Positions 1-12,129 of a stretch of 64,000 nt of DNA are shown here, piece by piece. Location: assembly GCA_004764695.1 (NCBI GenBank), contig SMSO01000034.1:2852001-2916000 (forward strand), read 5' to 3'. Every line of letters begins with the position of its first letter. Position 1 is the first letter of the stretch. The notes under the pieces are model-generated. The model was not told the origin of the DNA and did not search any database. It worked only from the letters and a program-made list of their open reading frames with translations. A program made the translations under genes and the position numbers. Source of the stretch: Schizochytrium sp. TIO01. Taxonomy: Eukaryota; Protista; Bigyra: Labyrinthulomycetes.

Positions 1-1628
1 TAAATGGTTTCTTCTTATTATTTCTCTTCTTCTTCTTATTGAAAACGTTTTTTAATATTGAAAACTTATATGTATGTGTATTTATCTGCGAAGTGTGTGT
101 CGCTCCTGAAGATTTTTGTTGTTTTCCCTGGGGTTTTACAAATATTTAGAGAGTTACACCTTCGTTCTCTAAAAACGTTTTCTAAAAATTGAAAATATGG
201 GCTTTCTTCCTATATCATATTTTACAATGCTACTACTTAAAAATTTATCATTTCCTTGCTGATCTTCCTCTTCCTAACCTCGTTCTCCAATTCCATCTTT
301 GTTCTTCTAACAAATGCTCTAACCCACCCAACTCAGCCGACCTCAGAGCGGGTGGCAACGCTGCGAACGGGCACACGAACTAAACAGCCCAAATCTGACT
401 TAGTTTCACGATAATATTCATAGTCTGCAGATGACCTGCGAATGGGACCAGTTGAAACTAGAACCGCTGCTTAGCTTCCCTGGGAGAACCTGCCCGCGAC
501 AATAACTTTTCTAGTCATGCCTTTATTTTAGTTTAAACTTAGGTTGAAAACCCATTCTTCTTTTGCTTGAACGTAAACTGCCAAAACAGAGGGCTTTGAT
601 TGTGTTGTTTCTTTTCTTTGAAACTGGTAGTGCTTCGATGAAAGAGAAATTAAGTATCGAGGCAGAGCTCCCGCTTTTCGCAAGGGGTGTTTATTACTCA
701 GTTCTAAGTATATGTGTCCTCTCTATTACTCGAAACACAAAGAAAATTTATTCATTTTTTTCTTTCAAGTTACTTTATTTTCAACTGAAAAGTCATGTTG
801 ATTATTTCACACTTGAATTAAAAGATATACTTTTAAAATATTTTTTTAAAAAAAACTTTATTTATTTTATAAATTTTAAAACACCAGTAAAATCAATCAG
901 AAGCATTTTATGTAAACCTCCAAACAGAGAAACCAACAAAAACCAAACAAACAACAATCGCATCAGTCGATCGAGGCACGAGCATTTCTACTCCTGCTCG
1001 CAGACCGACGGAAGTCGCGCGAGCAATCTTGAAGCATAACCCGAACTCAGCCAGCCTCCCAGCAGCAGCTGCCATAGCCGCCGCAGGTACTGAGCTACGA
1101 GCCTGCCTATCTTGTTCCTTTCTTTCTTGTCTTCGTCTCGTACGTAGCGGCACTTTCATTTACCTCATCGTCGCGTCCCGCGTCGGGGTTGAGCAGGTCG
1201 GTCCTTATTCAGAAAGTCAAAGAAAGCAACGGGGCTTGCATCACGTCGGCCGGAGCCATTCTAGCGTCACCCAAGGATCTTCATTCGTCGCGGGCATTAG
1301 TCAACAAACTTCGACTCAGGCGACATACATACACTCAAAAGACACCTTAGCAGTGTATTACGATAGTTTCTAATTGGTTTGTAGGTCCAACATCGCAAGC
1401 AGGAACGAAACCAATCAGAAGAAAGGATATCTGCTCACCTGTGGCTGTGTATTCATCCATTCTGCTTTACAAATACACGCCGCAACTCGCTACCCAGAAA
1501 ATTCAACACAGGTGATAGAGCTGGATCATCACTTCGTGCTACTCCTACATTTGGTTTTCCTCACCCAAGAGCACACACGCTAGCTGTATCTATCACAGCT
1601 AGTTCTGCTGTGAGTAAATTAGCCTTAT

Positions 1629-3263
1629 ATGGAGATTATGAAGGCACCGAGCGATCATCAGTATTCCATGCTAAGTTCCGCACAAAAGCCTCATCCAAAG
1701 GCCCCATACGGAAACGCCATGCGCGATCTTCTCAGTGCTGAGGAGGCTGAATATCTCCACAACAATCGGGATGCAATGGCTTCTGCAGCTAAGTTCCACC
1801 CAGATGCTAGCCTAGAGGCTCTTCATCAGGCCATTTACAAATCCCAGCGCGATCGCGCATCTCCAGCAATTTTCGACGATCGTCGCGCATTCCCAAACCA
1901 TCCAGGAACCAACAAGCATTATTCTCAGGAACCAACCCGTATGGAAAATGGCACCGACGTCACATCTGATATGGTACAGAGCTTGCTCTCGCAGCTTCCG
2001 TCCGAAACTTTCCAGTCAGGAGTAGGTATTCCCGATGGTTTTGACACTCACCCAGATGGTCTTCTCCCTGGAGGCAGCCATGGAAATTCTCGCCGCCTCT
2101 CTACGCATGCTGAAGCTAGCTTCGACGGCAAGTGGCATCCTCAATCTATGATGAATATGTCTTCACCCCCAAGGCCTGAAAGTCTCTCTGGTGGCTTTTC
2201 CCACGGGTCGAACCAAACTATGTCTGCCTTAGGTCCTTTCCGTGGCAACCCGTATGAGAACCCTGGCATGGACCAGCACGGTATGAGTGGCAATGGCCTT
2301 GTTTCATTTGATTCCACAAACCACCAGCAACAACAGCAGGGTCTCTCTAGCAAGCACATCGATCTCGATGCACCTCTCGGAAACTATGGTATGGACATGT
2401 CTTCCCGGAAACGCCCTCGCAGCCACATGGAGCGCCGGTTCTCATTACTTCCTATTGACCCCTTGGGTGGACCTGGCCAGTCTATGATCAGCGATAGCAT
2501 CCACCCATACAACAGCGAGGTCAGCTCTACCGCTACGGCCAAGACCACGATACCCGGTAGCGCGCAACACGCTGAAATGGCCTCGATGGAACATGGCAAA
2601 GCATCTTCTTCGTCAACTACCGGCGAAGACTCTGATGCCACAGCCAAGGCCTCAATCCCACCTAATCTCTCGGTATTTCAACCCTCTTCGCGACCCTCCT
2701 TGGTGCGCCAGGAAAAGAAGAGGAGGGCAATTCCCGTTGGTGCTGGAGCAAAGGCCATTAAACTCCCGGCTGATGCAGAGTTCCCTATCGGTTTGCCGAA
2801 GTCCCTGATTTCTTCTTTGAACGATGGCGGCGAACCCCTCAACCCGTTGGAGTACCAGAAATTGTTGGATTCCACAACTCTCTTGCAGTCTATGGGTGTC
2901 CATGTTTTGGAACCCTTGACATTGTACACAAAACGTGAGCTTTTCGAGGTCATGGGCTCCATTGCTGAGGTCTGGAAGAACTCTGGCAAGGCAGCTATGA
3001 AGAAGAAGATCAACAAAATCCGCTCCAATGCCCGCAAGCGCAAGGCTCCTCGCAACGTCCTCGACGATGCTGAGATTAGCCAGATCCGTGCTCTTGAAAA
3101 GAAGATCAAGGAGCGTGAACACTGGGAGTCCGAGCAGCGCAAGCTTCTCCAATCTCAACGCGACAATGGAAAGGATAACCTCGAGACCTCTTCGCCCTCA
3201 CCATCATATTCCTCCACTAGCTCTTCTCATTATGGCAACAGCATGCACTCCCACATGCCTTGA
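1629..3263 (+). CDS. Hypothetical 544-aa protein: low-complexity S/G/M/Q/H-rich N-terminus, C-terminal basic helix plus coiled coil (possible nuclear regulator)
   Basis: Long ATG-initiated ORF with coding-like composition. NLS-like SRKRPR and KKRR, then basic segment KKKINKIRSNARKRK followed by a charged heptad region. No family recognised. Confidence 0.75.
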   Translation: MEIMKAPSDHQYSMLSSAQKPHPKAPYGNAMRDLLSAEEAEYLHNNRDAMASAAKFHPDASLEALHQAIYKSQRDRASPAIFDDRRAFPNHPGTNKHYSQEPTRMENGTDVTSDMVQSLLSQLPSETFQSGVGIPDGFDTHPDGLLPGGSHGNSRRLSTHAEASFDGKWHPQSMMNMSSPPRPESLSGGFSHGSNQTMSALGPFRGNPYENPGMDQHGMSGNGLVSFDSTNHQQQQQGLSSKHIDLDAPLGNYGMDMSSRKRPRSHMERRFSLLPIDPLGGPGQSMISDSIHPYNSEVSSTATAKTTIPGSAQHAEMASMEHGKASSSSTTGEDSDATAKASIPPNLSVFQPSSRPSLVRQEKKRRAIPVGAGAKAIKLPADAEFPIGLPKSLISSLNDGGEPLNPLEYQKLLDSTTLLQSMGVHVLEPLTLYTKRELFEVMGSIAEVWKNSGKAAMKKKINKIRSNARKRKAPRNVLDDAEISQIRALEKKIKEREHWESEQRKLLQSQRDNGKDNLETSSPSPSYSSTSSSHYGNSMHSHMP

Positions 3264-4017
3264 GTTTACTCGCACCTATTTCCAAAACCACAAATCTCTT
3301 GGGTCTTCAATCTGCTAGGTTTCTGTACGCGCCAAGCACTACGGAGATATACATACCTGTATATATATCTGCCCGCTTCACCTCGTACTTGCCTGTCAAA
3401 TATTGTCTTGCTCGAAAGTCACATAAACTAAGAGCAGGAGCCTGATGTTAACTCTTATAGTCCTGCAGATTGTTGTTCTCATTGAGCATATTTCACTACT
3501 GCAGTGCATTCGACAACAAGTCTCCGTGCAAAAGATGATTTGAATATTATATAAGAGGATACAATCCTTTTTGCTGGTGATCTGTTATTGCTGTTGCTGC
3601 TGTGCGCATATTATTTTTGTCACCCTTATAATTCCCAAAAACTGATGTTGTTCTCCGTGTTTATTGATCTCCTTCGCTCCCTTGAATCAGAAGTTCTGCA
3701 GTACTACATTTCTCGATGCATTATCTTGCTCTTGCCCCAACTCATGCTCGCTTGTTATGATAATGAAGAATTAGTGGTAGTGGTACTTCCCTTTAGCTAG
3801 TTTTCTTTCATGCAAAGACCGCCTCCGCTTCAGCTTATCTCAGTTACCACAAGCTCCGACTGCAAGTCCAACTCCAACTCCAAGTCCAACTCCAGCTCCG
3901 CCAACTCTCCCTTCGTGACGCAAGCAGAGACCACCCGGCCCTCGTCCTGTTCTGGGTTTGCTTGTTCTTGTTGTACCTCTTGGTTTCTCACATCGCCGAA
4001 CTATTGGCTCTTTGTAG

Positions 4018-4069
4018 TGCGCAAAGTCCTCGCGCAAAGCGCTTTTCACTGCGCAAAGTCCTCGCGCAA
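4018..4069. repeat. 20-bp direct repeat TGCGCAAAGTCCTCGCGCAA x2 (period 32)
   Basis: Exact copies at 4018-4037 and 4050-4069. Confidence 0.85.
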
Positions 4070-5552
4070 TCCACACCTTCTTTTGCGCGTTGACTCAGCG
4101 CCGGTCCGGTGTACTTTTCAACTTTCACAGGTACTTACCCACCTCCCCCCAACATTCCGCCCCTCTGCTCGCTGCGGACGTTTGGGCTCACGATTCTCTT
4201 GAGGCTTCTCCTTCGAAATTGCTACCTCGAGCCTGAAGAACTGGATTCGCTGAGATGTTTGATCTTGAATTCGAAGCTTCATGAAAGACCTTCCTACTCT
4301 GAACGACCAAGAGTCGCCACTGACTATACCTTATTTAATGATGTGGACCGAAGCTTTTATAGGGGTAGGTATGTATTTACAACCTTGGCATCACCTGATA
4401 CTGCAAACCAGCCTGATCAAGACCACAGCATTGCCCCCCCCCCCCACTCTACCAAAGATGCATAAGGTACCGTCAAAGCCGCCATCGTCCTAAGTCATCT
4501 CCTGTAGTGGCTTCTTCTCCATTGGGAAAATTCGGCACAAGGTCTAAGACCGACTACTACACATGAGCAATACTACTGTACCGATGAAAGCATTAGAACT
4601 TATATAACCTCAAAATGGCAGAGTCTATTCCATATAAATGATGTATTGTAAGTATCTAGGTTGGTTAAGAAGTGAGGTAAGAAAATGGCATGGCCAAGGA
4701 ACCACCAATCTCCATACTCTGCAAGTGAAGCAAACCCAGACGCCTCAGCCGTCTACGAAGACATCGGTAACGGGGTCAACTTCAATAGATCGGGCTTGCT
4801 GGACTACCGAGATTCACCGCAAGCTTGCAATTTGGCTCGGTGAAAGCTACGGTATTATCCATTTGCCTAAACTTCACACCTCACCAAGTTAACACGACGA
4901 ATCTGAATCAAGACAGCTCGAATGATTTGTCTTTGGCTTTTGGCAAGCACTCATTCACAAAATCGAGCTTTTCCTTTGGTGTAAACTGGTTACTTGCCGA
5001 GAGGGTTATACTTCCACAGCATGCAATGAATGTGGCAGAAGCTCGGGACATCCAAGGTTCTCAAATTCCCAAATGCAAATACGAAATCGATCGCGATATC
5101 CACGCCACCAGAGGCATCATTTTGCACTATCTGTCCAATAACAACATGAATTAGAAATTGTCCTTGAGTCGCGGGACAGTTTTCATAGCCTGCGATCGGG
5201 TCTGAGCCCACTTGGTTACCATAGGGAATGAAGGTTTTGCAAACCTTAAAGATGATTATAAGTGATGATGCCTAATTCAAGAAGAGAAATTGGGCATAGT
5301 GAACTAAAGAAAGTACTCAAAAAGAAAGTTGTAAAGGAGATAATAAGATATGGATTTGCAAATAGGACTCAGAAAACAATTTGGTACTACCTAGCATCTA
5401 TTATCATTAATTACTAGAAGGTAGCAAGGCCTATCATAGGAATTTGATCCCTCGTCATAATGTGTCTGCTTTTGCTTCGGGTGGTGGCCGCAGAGCAGAC
5501 CTCTTGGAGCATCTCTTGGAGCATTCTTTGCATCTGAAGAGCGCTGAGAAGG

Positions 5553-6638
5553 ATGGGAAAGCGTAGTCGTGACAGAGTAAAGCGCACGCTGGCCGCTGCT
5601 CGCGCAGCCAAGCGAGGTGAGGGCAAGGATGCGTCAGAAGGACGCGATGAGGAGGTCCAGAATGAGGTTGAAGAGGACACTGAGACGTCCAAAACTACGA
5701 CTCAAAGCAAATCCACAAAAACCAAAGCCGAGACAAAATCAAATGCAGATTCAGAGCTGAGCGCCGAGGAGGACAATGGACGTGAAGAAGAGCAAGAAAT
5801 AGAAGGCAGCAGTTCTGCTGGAGAGGAAGAGGAGGAGGAGGAGGAGGAGGAGCGTCCCAGGAAAATGCCTCGCGTGAATGACGCGAAGAGCAAGGCTAGT
5901 GCGAAGAATGACCCTGAAGATGTGATTGCCAAGGGTATGGCATGGCTACGCGACGAGGAAGCTGTGAAGAAACATATTGAGGGTTTTGATCTCATCGAGA
6001 TCCTGAATTCTTCAGGAGGGCTTTCACGAATTGAGAACTTCTTGCCACCCGAAGCGGCCGAAGCTGCTCTACATATTTTGCAAAGCCTCCCAGAATCACG
6101 CTGGAGCATTCGAAGGGATGACAATGATGCCAAGCGCAACGCCACCGCCCATAGGTTCTACGTGGCTGGTGTGAAAAACAAGGATGACCCACTCTTTTTT
6201 CTGCATCGCGCTGTGCAAGGTCTGCTCCCTGAAAAGAAAATCACGCTCTCCGCTGGCAGATACAGTGATGGAGATCACATTGCCCCCCACGATGACCTTG
6301 GCTACCATCACGAAGACGGTAAAAAGTGGTCTCGTGATGTCGCTGTCATTCTGTACCTCACCAAAGACTGGCAAAAAAGAGATGGTGGTATTCTCCTAGA
6401 CATGGAGCAGAACTCAAAGCAATATGTGCCAAAATTCAACTCGCTTATCTCATTTGCTGTACCACGAAAACACGCTGTTACCGCTGTGAAGCCCCGCAAA
6501 GACCGACTTCCTCGGTACAGCCTCTTCGGCTGGTTTCTTGTTGAAGGAGACCTGTACAAGTTTAAACCGGAGCCTCTTGTTGAGGTACGCAAGCCCAAAA
6601 GACAGAAGATCCAACGCAAGAGGAAAGAAAGGCGTTAA
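5553..6638 (+). CDS. 2OG-Fe(II) oxygenase, prolyl-hydroxylase type (OGFOD1/Tpa1/EGLN-like catalytic domain), with charged N- and C-terminal tails
   Basis: Y-x-x-G-D-H-I-A-P-H-D-D (HxD), VILYLTKDW..DGG, P-K-F-N-S-L-I-S-F, distal H in KHAVTAV, 2OG-binding R in RYSLFGWF. Poly-E tract and basic termini. Confidence 0.85.
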   Translation: MGKRSRDRVKRTLAAARAAKRGEGKDASEGRDEEVQNEVEEDTETSKTTTQSKSTKTKAETKSNADSELSAEEDNGREEEQEIEGSSSAGEEEEEEEEEERPRKMPRVNDAKSKASAKNDPEDVIAKGMAWLRDEEAVKKHIEGFDLIEILNSSGGLSRIENFLPPEAAEAALHILQSLPESRWSIRRDDNDAKRNATAHRFYVAGVKNKDDPLFFLHRAVQGLLPEKKITLSAGRYSDGDHIAPHDDLGYHHEDGKKWSRDVAVILYLTKDWQKRDGGILLDMEQNSKQYVPKFNSLISFAVPRKHAVTAVKPRKDRLPRYSLFGWFLVEGDLYKFKPEPLVEVRKPKRQKIQRKRKERR

Positions 6639-9600
6639 AAAAGGGATGCAATAGCCATCTTTTCCTCTTGATGATTTCCTTGAAGTGTAGCAATAACAAA
6701 AAGATTAGCTCAAGCGTTTAGTTCGATTGTCTTACCTCTTGCGACAGAGACGAGCTAATATCCGTCTTTAAGATGCTCTACAGTACTCAAACGCGACGCG
6801 TGGCCACTTTTCCCAGTTTAAACTGCCTCTATACTAATTGATCTTGGAGTGGCCTACTTTTAAATAATGACTTCGAGCTACTTGAAAGTAAAGTTTGATC
6901 CTGCAGATTCTTTTGCCTGGAGATTCTGCTGAGAGGATTTGATTGTCATTTCGCTCATTGACCTCTCCCACGCTTTATGTGCCCCTTCGCGTATATATGT
7001 ACATGTGCCTTGGAATGGCACATTGACTGTGACAAATTCAGAAGCCGAGCGCTCTTGTACCCGTGATATTTCTGTTCCAACCCATGACTGGCAAATACCA
7101 CTACCCAGCCTGGTTAATATGCAGACTTTAAAAGCAGGGTACATTGATTTGTTCCATGGATGAGCAGCCATTTCTCCGAATCTTCGACCGAATTGGTCTG
7201 ACTCCCTACAAATGTGATTACGTTCTGGACTATGCCGTACTCAAGTGTTTCTAAAGATCCATTCTCTGCGGCGTGTTACCTTCTTTTACTATCATGCGAG
7301 AATATAGACTTTCAACGAAAGTTCATCTTTGCAAGCCAACCATAGCTCAGTATGCTATCAAAATTCATGCAATACCTGACAAAGTCGACAAAGAACTAAA
7401 GTGCCGTACTTCACTCCTGCATTTTTTACTATAGCAAGCTTATTATTCATGCAAATTTTGTCTTTTATTTTTTTCATCGTCGTATTGGTTAGAAATGAAG
7501 TACTGAATACAAGCTTATCCAAAGCAGGATTCTTAGACGTCTTGTACATTTTAGAGAGAGTAACAGCGGTTAACTACCAGGGACAGTAAAAGGATGAATG
7601 TACAAAAGTGAACATTCTCAACCGCTGAGCTTAGCCTGATGTTTTCCTGCAGCACGTAGTGAACACATCGATTCTTCCAACATGCAAAATATTCAACATG
7701 CGTTCATTCACTCACTTGTCTCAATGTTTTCATCACTGTTTTCCAGTGATGTTTACATCATAAGATTCGATTTTCCCGTACCCTGCTCGATTTGTTGTCG
7801 CGTGGCAACTTCTGGCCAACTCGTTCTAAACTAAGGGACCTAAATATAATCTGCAGACAAGCGCGAGGCCAAAAGAAGCAGTTTCCATTCTGAAGGGAGT
7901 CGTCATCTACTATAATTGGTATGCGAAACTTAGAGGCATTCAAGTTTAGAAGACTAAGACTGAAGATCGCACTCGCGCGTTTCATTTATGAGCAGTCCTC
8001 ACAGTTTACAGGAAGGGGATTGCTCCCGACAATCCCGGAAGTATGTTTTGGCTCAATCGTATGCATGTTCATTGCATCTCGGGACTATTTCCAGGATCGT
8101 CACCACTCAACCGCACTTGGATCAGCCAGTCCCCTTTTCCATTGGATCCTCCTACCCTAGTTTGCAGCTTCGCAGAAGCCTTCGATCTGAACTAACTTCC
8201 TAGGCAGCTTTACTGAGTCAAACCTTTGTCAGCCACGCATGTCTCTTCCTGTGGTGAAATCATAGCGGTAGGTGCTGCTTAGGTACCAGTGAAATAGAGC
8301 TTTTTCTTACCTTTTCTGCATGTGCTGTTGTGCCAGCTCGTGAAATTCTGCTCTGAATCCTTTCACTACAGGGTCTTTCTCACTTTGCATCTTCTTACTT
8401 AAAGTATAAAACAAGGCATCAGCTCGTCAAGCAAGTACAGAACAGCGCTTCTATCGGAACGTGCTTTTTCATGCAGTAAGTAAAGAATGGTTGACTCGCT
8501 TTTAGCTGAAGCCCCCCACCAATCTGCTTACCGAGCGACATCTACATCTGTCAAGACCTTGCAAGTTGTTCGAAGAAGGGGACCAGAGAACGTGCAGTGC
8601 TTTCTATTCTCCACAAAGCTCGGGTTGCTCCTTGCGTCTAGTGTGTTCCTCTCATGACAGCCCTGCACAAGAATCGGGTCATCACTCATCTCTAAAAATA
8701 TTTGTACTACTTTGTTAGGTATTACGGAACACTTATGAAAGAGGATTCACTTACGAGACACAGAGTCACACGTGCAGTGATGGAATCTCGAAGAAGATGC
8801 GAAGTGGGACATCTCTCTCCATCTCTCTCCTTCTTGCTCGTTCTCAGTGTGTGTGTGAGTGAGTGAGTCGAAAGAAAAATTAGAGCTACCTGCTTACGCC
8901 TCCTATCATAACCAAGGAAGGAAGCTGCAATGAGCCCGGCGAAATCGCAGAACCAACCATCCTGTTATGCACGTGTGTAATGGATGCATGCCATGGGAAT
9001 AGTCCCTTTGTTTCATTTTGTGTTTAATGAAAAGTTGCAAGACAGGCTGCACCAAAAACAGCGTACACTCTATCGCTCGAAGAAGACTAACCAGAAGAAT
9101 ACAATGGTTGGTATAAAGGCACAAGGGACTTCTGAGCCTTTTTGCCTTCTGCTACATGCAAGGGGAGCGCTCAGACCTTTGTGAGGGCGCACGTGAATTA
9201 GCTGCACGTGCGAAAAGAAAATGAAGCTTCAAATATTTCACCATCAGAATACTATTTCAGTGAGGAGGAAGGAGAAAACGCGCAGGAGTGTGAACACCTT
9301 AGCATGATATGCCTAGTTTGAATCTGTATTAAAGCTTTGGCAGTGTATATCTTCATAAGAGTTCAAACTGATTCTTTTGATGCACTTTGATTTTTAAAAA
9401 GCAAAGGCTGAGACACGGTGGCTGGCAAACAATCTGAAAGTATGCGATGCAACCGAATATAGGGGGATTGTGAACACATGACCAAGGGCATTTCAACGAT
9501 GGTGATTAGGATTTCTCTTACTATTAGATCTGTAGCTAAAGCAAGACAAGTGATTGAGCTAACTGACGTCTAGAATGTATGGAATCTTTTCGTGGCTGAT

Positions 9601-10271
9601 CAGGTGATACTTCCGAACTTTTCTTGCAATTCACGACTAGCTTGGAAGGTGCCTCGCTAAGGTCTGTTTACAAACATAACTCCATCAAATAAGGGCACAG
9701 AGTATTCTCAGTACCAAAGAAATGATTTGCTGAGTCGTTCTCAAGAACCAAGGAAAAGTGAAAGGTAAAGAAAATCAGAAAAGAATTGTTTGCAGGCATA
9801 TTTTGATATTTTAAAATGTTAAGCATAATTGGTAATGCTCATCAAGAGTTACCCCTGTGAAGTAAGTTGAATCTCGGTTTCTAAATAGGAAAACCAGCCT
9901 ATGAAATGAGCCTTCACATTCCTTTCTATTTCAGATCATTTTTGAGCACTTCTTTCCCCCAGAGTTCAATAACGCTCCACACGATGTAATATGTGATGTT
10001 CTTCAGAATGATGCAATATTTCTTACTACCGACCAAATATAAATGCAATTGGAGTTGCTTGCAGATTCAAATAGGAAGTTTTGTAAGAGGAACCAAAAGA
10101 GGTATAACAAGTCGCAATTTGCCTGGGTAACCAATCGCAAGGCTAGCAAATCTCAAATTGCCTGCCTTTCTGACATTCATAGTTGAGCAGTATCAATTGA
10201 AATACAAAACTCTACTGCTCTTGATATCAAGACTTCTCTTGTCGACTAAGCTTGCAGCAGCAGAACGCGGC

Positions 10272-11918
10272 ATGGGGTGCGCTAGCTCAAATGAGGCGGC
10301 TGTGGTCTCAGCCGCCTCCTCTGCTGGCGTAAATCCAGCTTCGTCACGATCGGGAAGCTCAACCTCGAAGAATAGGCGTGCGTCTAGTGTTGATGCAGCG
10401 GATGACTTGCAGAGTTTTACGGGGAGGCGTCAGCGAGCTCAGAGCCCAGAAGCAAACGCACTAGTAAGCTCGAATCTGATTGATTTCCTTGCAGATCAAA
10501 TGGGTGAAGCAGACCCAAAAGAATCTCTGGCAGAAAAGTTTCGCGAGCTCTACTCAGCCATCTTTGCAACAGAGTGGGATGCAGCTCGTCTCTCCGACAG
10601 TAAAATTGCACACCTTGACCAGATGGTGCTTGAAAAGCTCCAGACATTGTTTAAGCAAGGTCCAAAGCTGAGCAAAGACATGGTTCGCTGGAAGTATAAC
10701 TTCAAAATGGATCAACCTGTCCCTTCTCGATCAATTGATTTGAAGGGTCGCGTTGGTGTGAACTTTCCGCATTGTACTCTGGTTCATGCTTTTTGTGCGC
10801 TTGGATTTGTTCAATCTCTTGACTTTATTCTTCTCGCTTCATCACTTATCGCAAGTCCGGAGCGCACGCTTAAAGTCGCCATGCATACGCCTCTGGAAAC
10901 TGCCGCGCGCTTTGGACGTTTACGCGTGGTAAAACTTCTTGTCGAAAAGTACAATGTGGATGCTCTTGAAGTGTTCGATGCGAATAATTCTGGAGCTGGC
11001 ACGTCAAGTCAAGTTTCATCTCCTCTCATTCGTGCTGTGGCCGAAGGTCAAGCAAATGTTGTCGAGTACCTTTTACACCGTGGTGCCGACCCGAAACAGT
11101 GGATGGACGTGCAAGGAAGCGGCGGTCAGAAGCATATGTCTATGATTCGTCTTGCTCTTGGACGTGCTCTCAACGACTACGAAAGAGTTGTTGAACTTCT
11201 TTTAAAAGCAGATGCCGAGCAAAATATGGGGGTCTTTACTGTACGAAAAGGGGAAGTTGAAAAAATCCTTGAGACACCGCTAATGACTGCAGCTATGCTT
11301 CGCAATACAGACATCATGAAGACATTGATTCGTCTTGGCGCAGACCCGCATATTGCCAATGAACAGAATAAGGCCACGCTACTCCACGTGGCGGCTGCTG
11401 TCCCAGACAATGGCCGGGTATTACGCTTCATAATCGAAAATATCGAATGTGACCCACTTCAGCTGGACTCTAAGGGAGCTACTCCTTGGCTAGTTGCCAA
11501 GGATGTGAGCGAGGATGATGGTGGCGCTAACGCTCGTGTTCTCGGTTCTCTTGTTTGCAGCTCTTATCGGAATGCATGTGACAAGTCCACTGAGTGCAAA
11601 TATATCGAAGATCTTAGTGCTCTTGTTGATGCACCTCGTCTTCCGAATGGCGACATCACAATCGGCGATTTTGTAAGACTCGATGTTTCATATCGTTTCA
11701 ATCGTATTGCCAAAGCTGGCCTTAGAACCAAAGAGCCCTTTTTTGCTTGTGTGGAGGCAGCCCGTGATGGGACACTTGATGTCAGAATTGATGACGTTCT
11801 TACCCTTGGATCAGATGCCCTGAGTGGAGCTAACTTTGGGGATATTTTGCAAAGCGTTTCTCTTGTCAAAGTTCAACAGGTTATTCCAGCAGCCCAAGGT
11901 CACCCCTATGAACATTAA
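10272..11918 (+). CDS. Ankyrin-repeat protein with N-terminal MGC dual-acylation motif
   Basis: Ankyrin consensus repeats (TPLETAARFG, SPLIRAVAEG..VVEYLLHRGAD, TPLMTAA..LIRLGADP, TLLHVAA). The first in-frame ATG is at 10272 (MGCASS); the ORF track begins at an upstream TTG. Confidence 0.85.
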   Translation: MGCASSNEAAVVSAASSAGVNPASSRSGSSTSKNRRASSVDAADDLQSFTGRRQRAQSPEANALVSSNLIDFLADQMGEADPKESLAEKFRELYSAIFATEWDAARLSDSKIAHLDQMVLEKLQTLFKQGPKLSKDMVRWKYNFKMDQPVPSRSIDLKGRVGVNFPHCTLVHAFCALGFVQSLDFILLASSLIASPERTLKVAMHTPLETAARFGRLRVVKLLVEKYNVDALEVFDANNSGAGTSSQVSSPLIRAVAEGQANVVEYLLHRGADPKQWMDVQGSGGQKHMSMIRLALGRALNDYERVVELLLKADAEQNMGVFTVRKGEVEKILETPLMTAAMLRNTDIMKTLIRLGADPHIANEQNKATLLHVAAAVPDNGRVLRFIIENIECDPLQLDSKGATPWLVAKDVSEDDGGANARVLGSLVCSSYRNACDKSTECKYIEDLSALVDAPRLPNGDITIGDFVRLDVSYRFNRIAKAGLRTKEPFFACVEAARDGTLDVRIDDVLTLGSDALSGANFGDILQSVSLVKVQQVIPAAQGHPYEH

Positions 11919-12129
11919 TAATCGCGAGTGAACGTAGAATTACGCGGCCTTCCTATTCTTTCGCATCTACACTTCACTTCATTTCACTTTCTCAATTCTT
12001 TTTTTAAATCTTAAAATGTTATCTAGTTTTCTATTTCGGTCATGTGTTTCAATCACTGGAACTAACAATCTGTTGAAGACAAAATTTCGAACTTACAGAC
12101 CAGACTTTGAGCAAGACCTAGAATATATC

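Noticed and set aside
6700-10150. Short ORFs in the 3.5-kb intergenic region
   Set aside because: No motifs, no consistent frame or splice pattern; cannot be supported as a gene.
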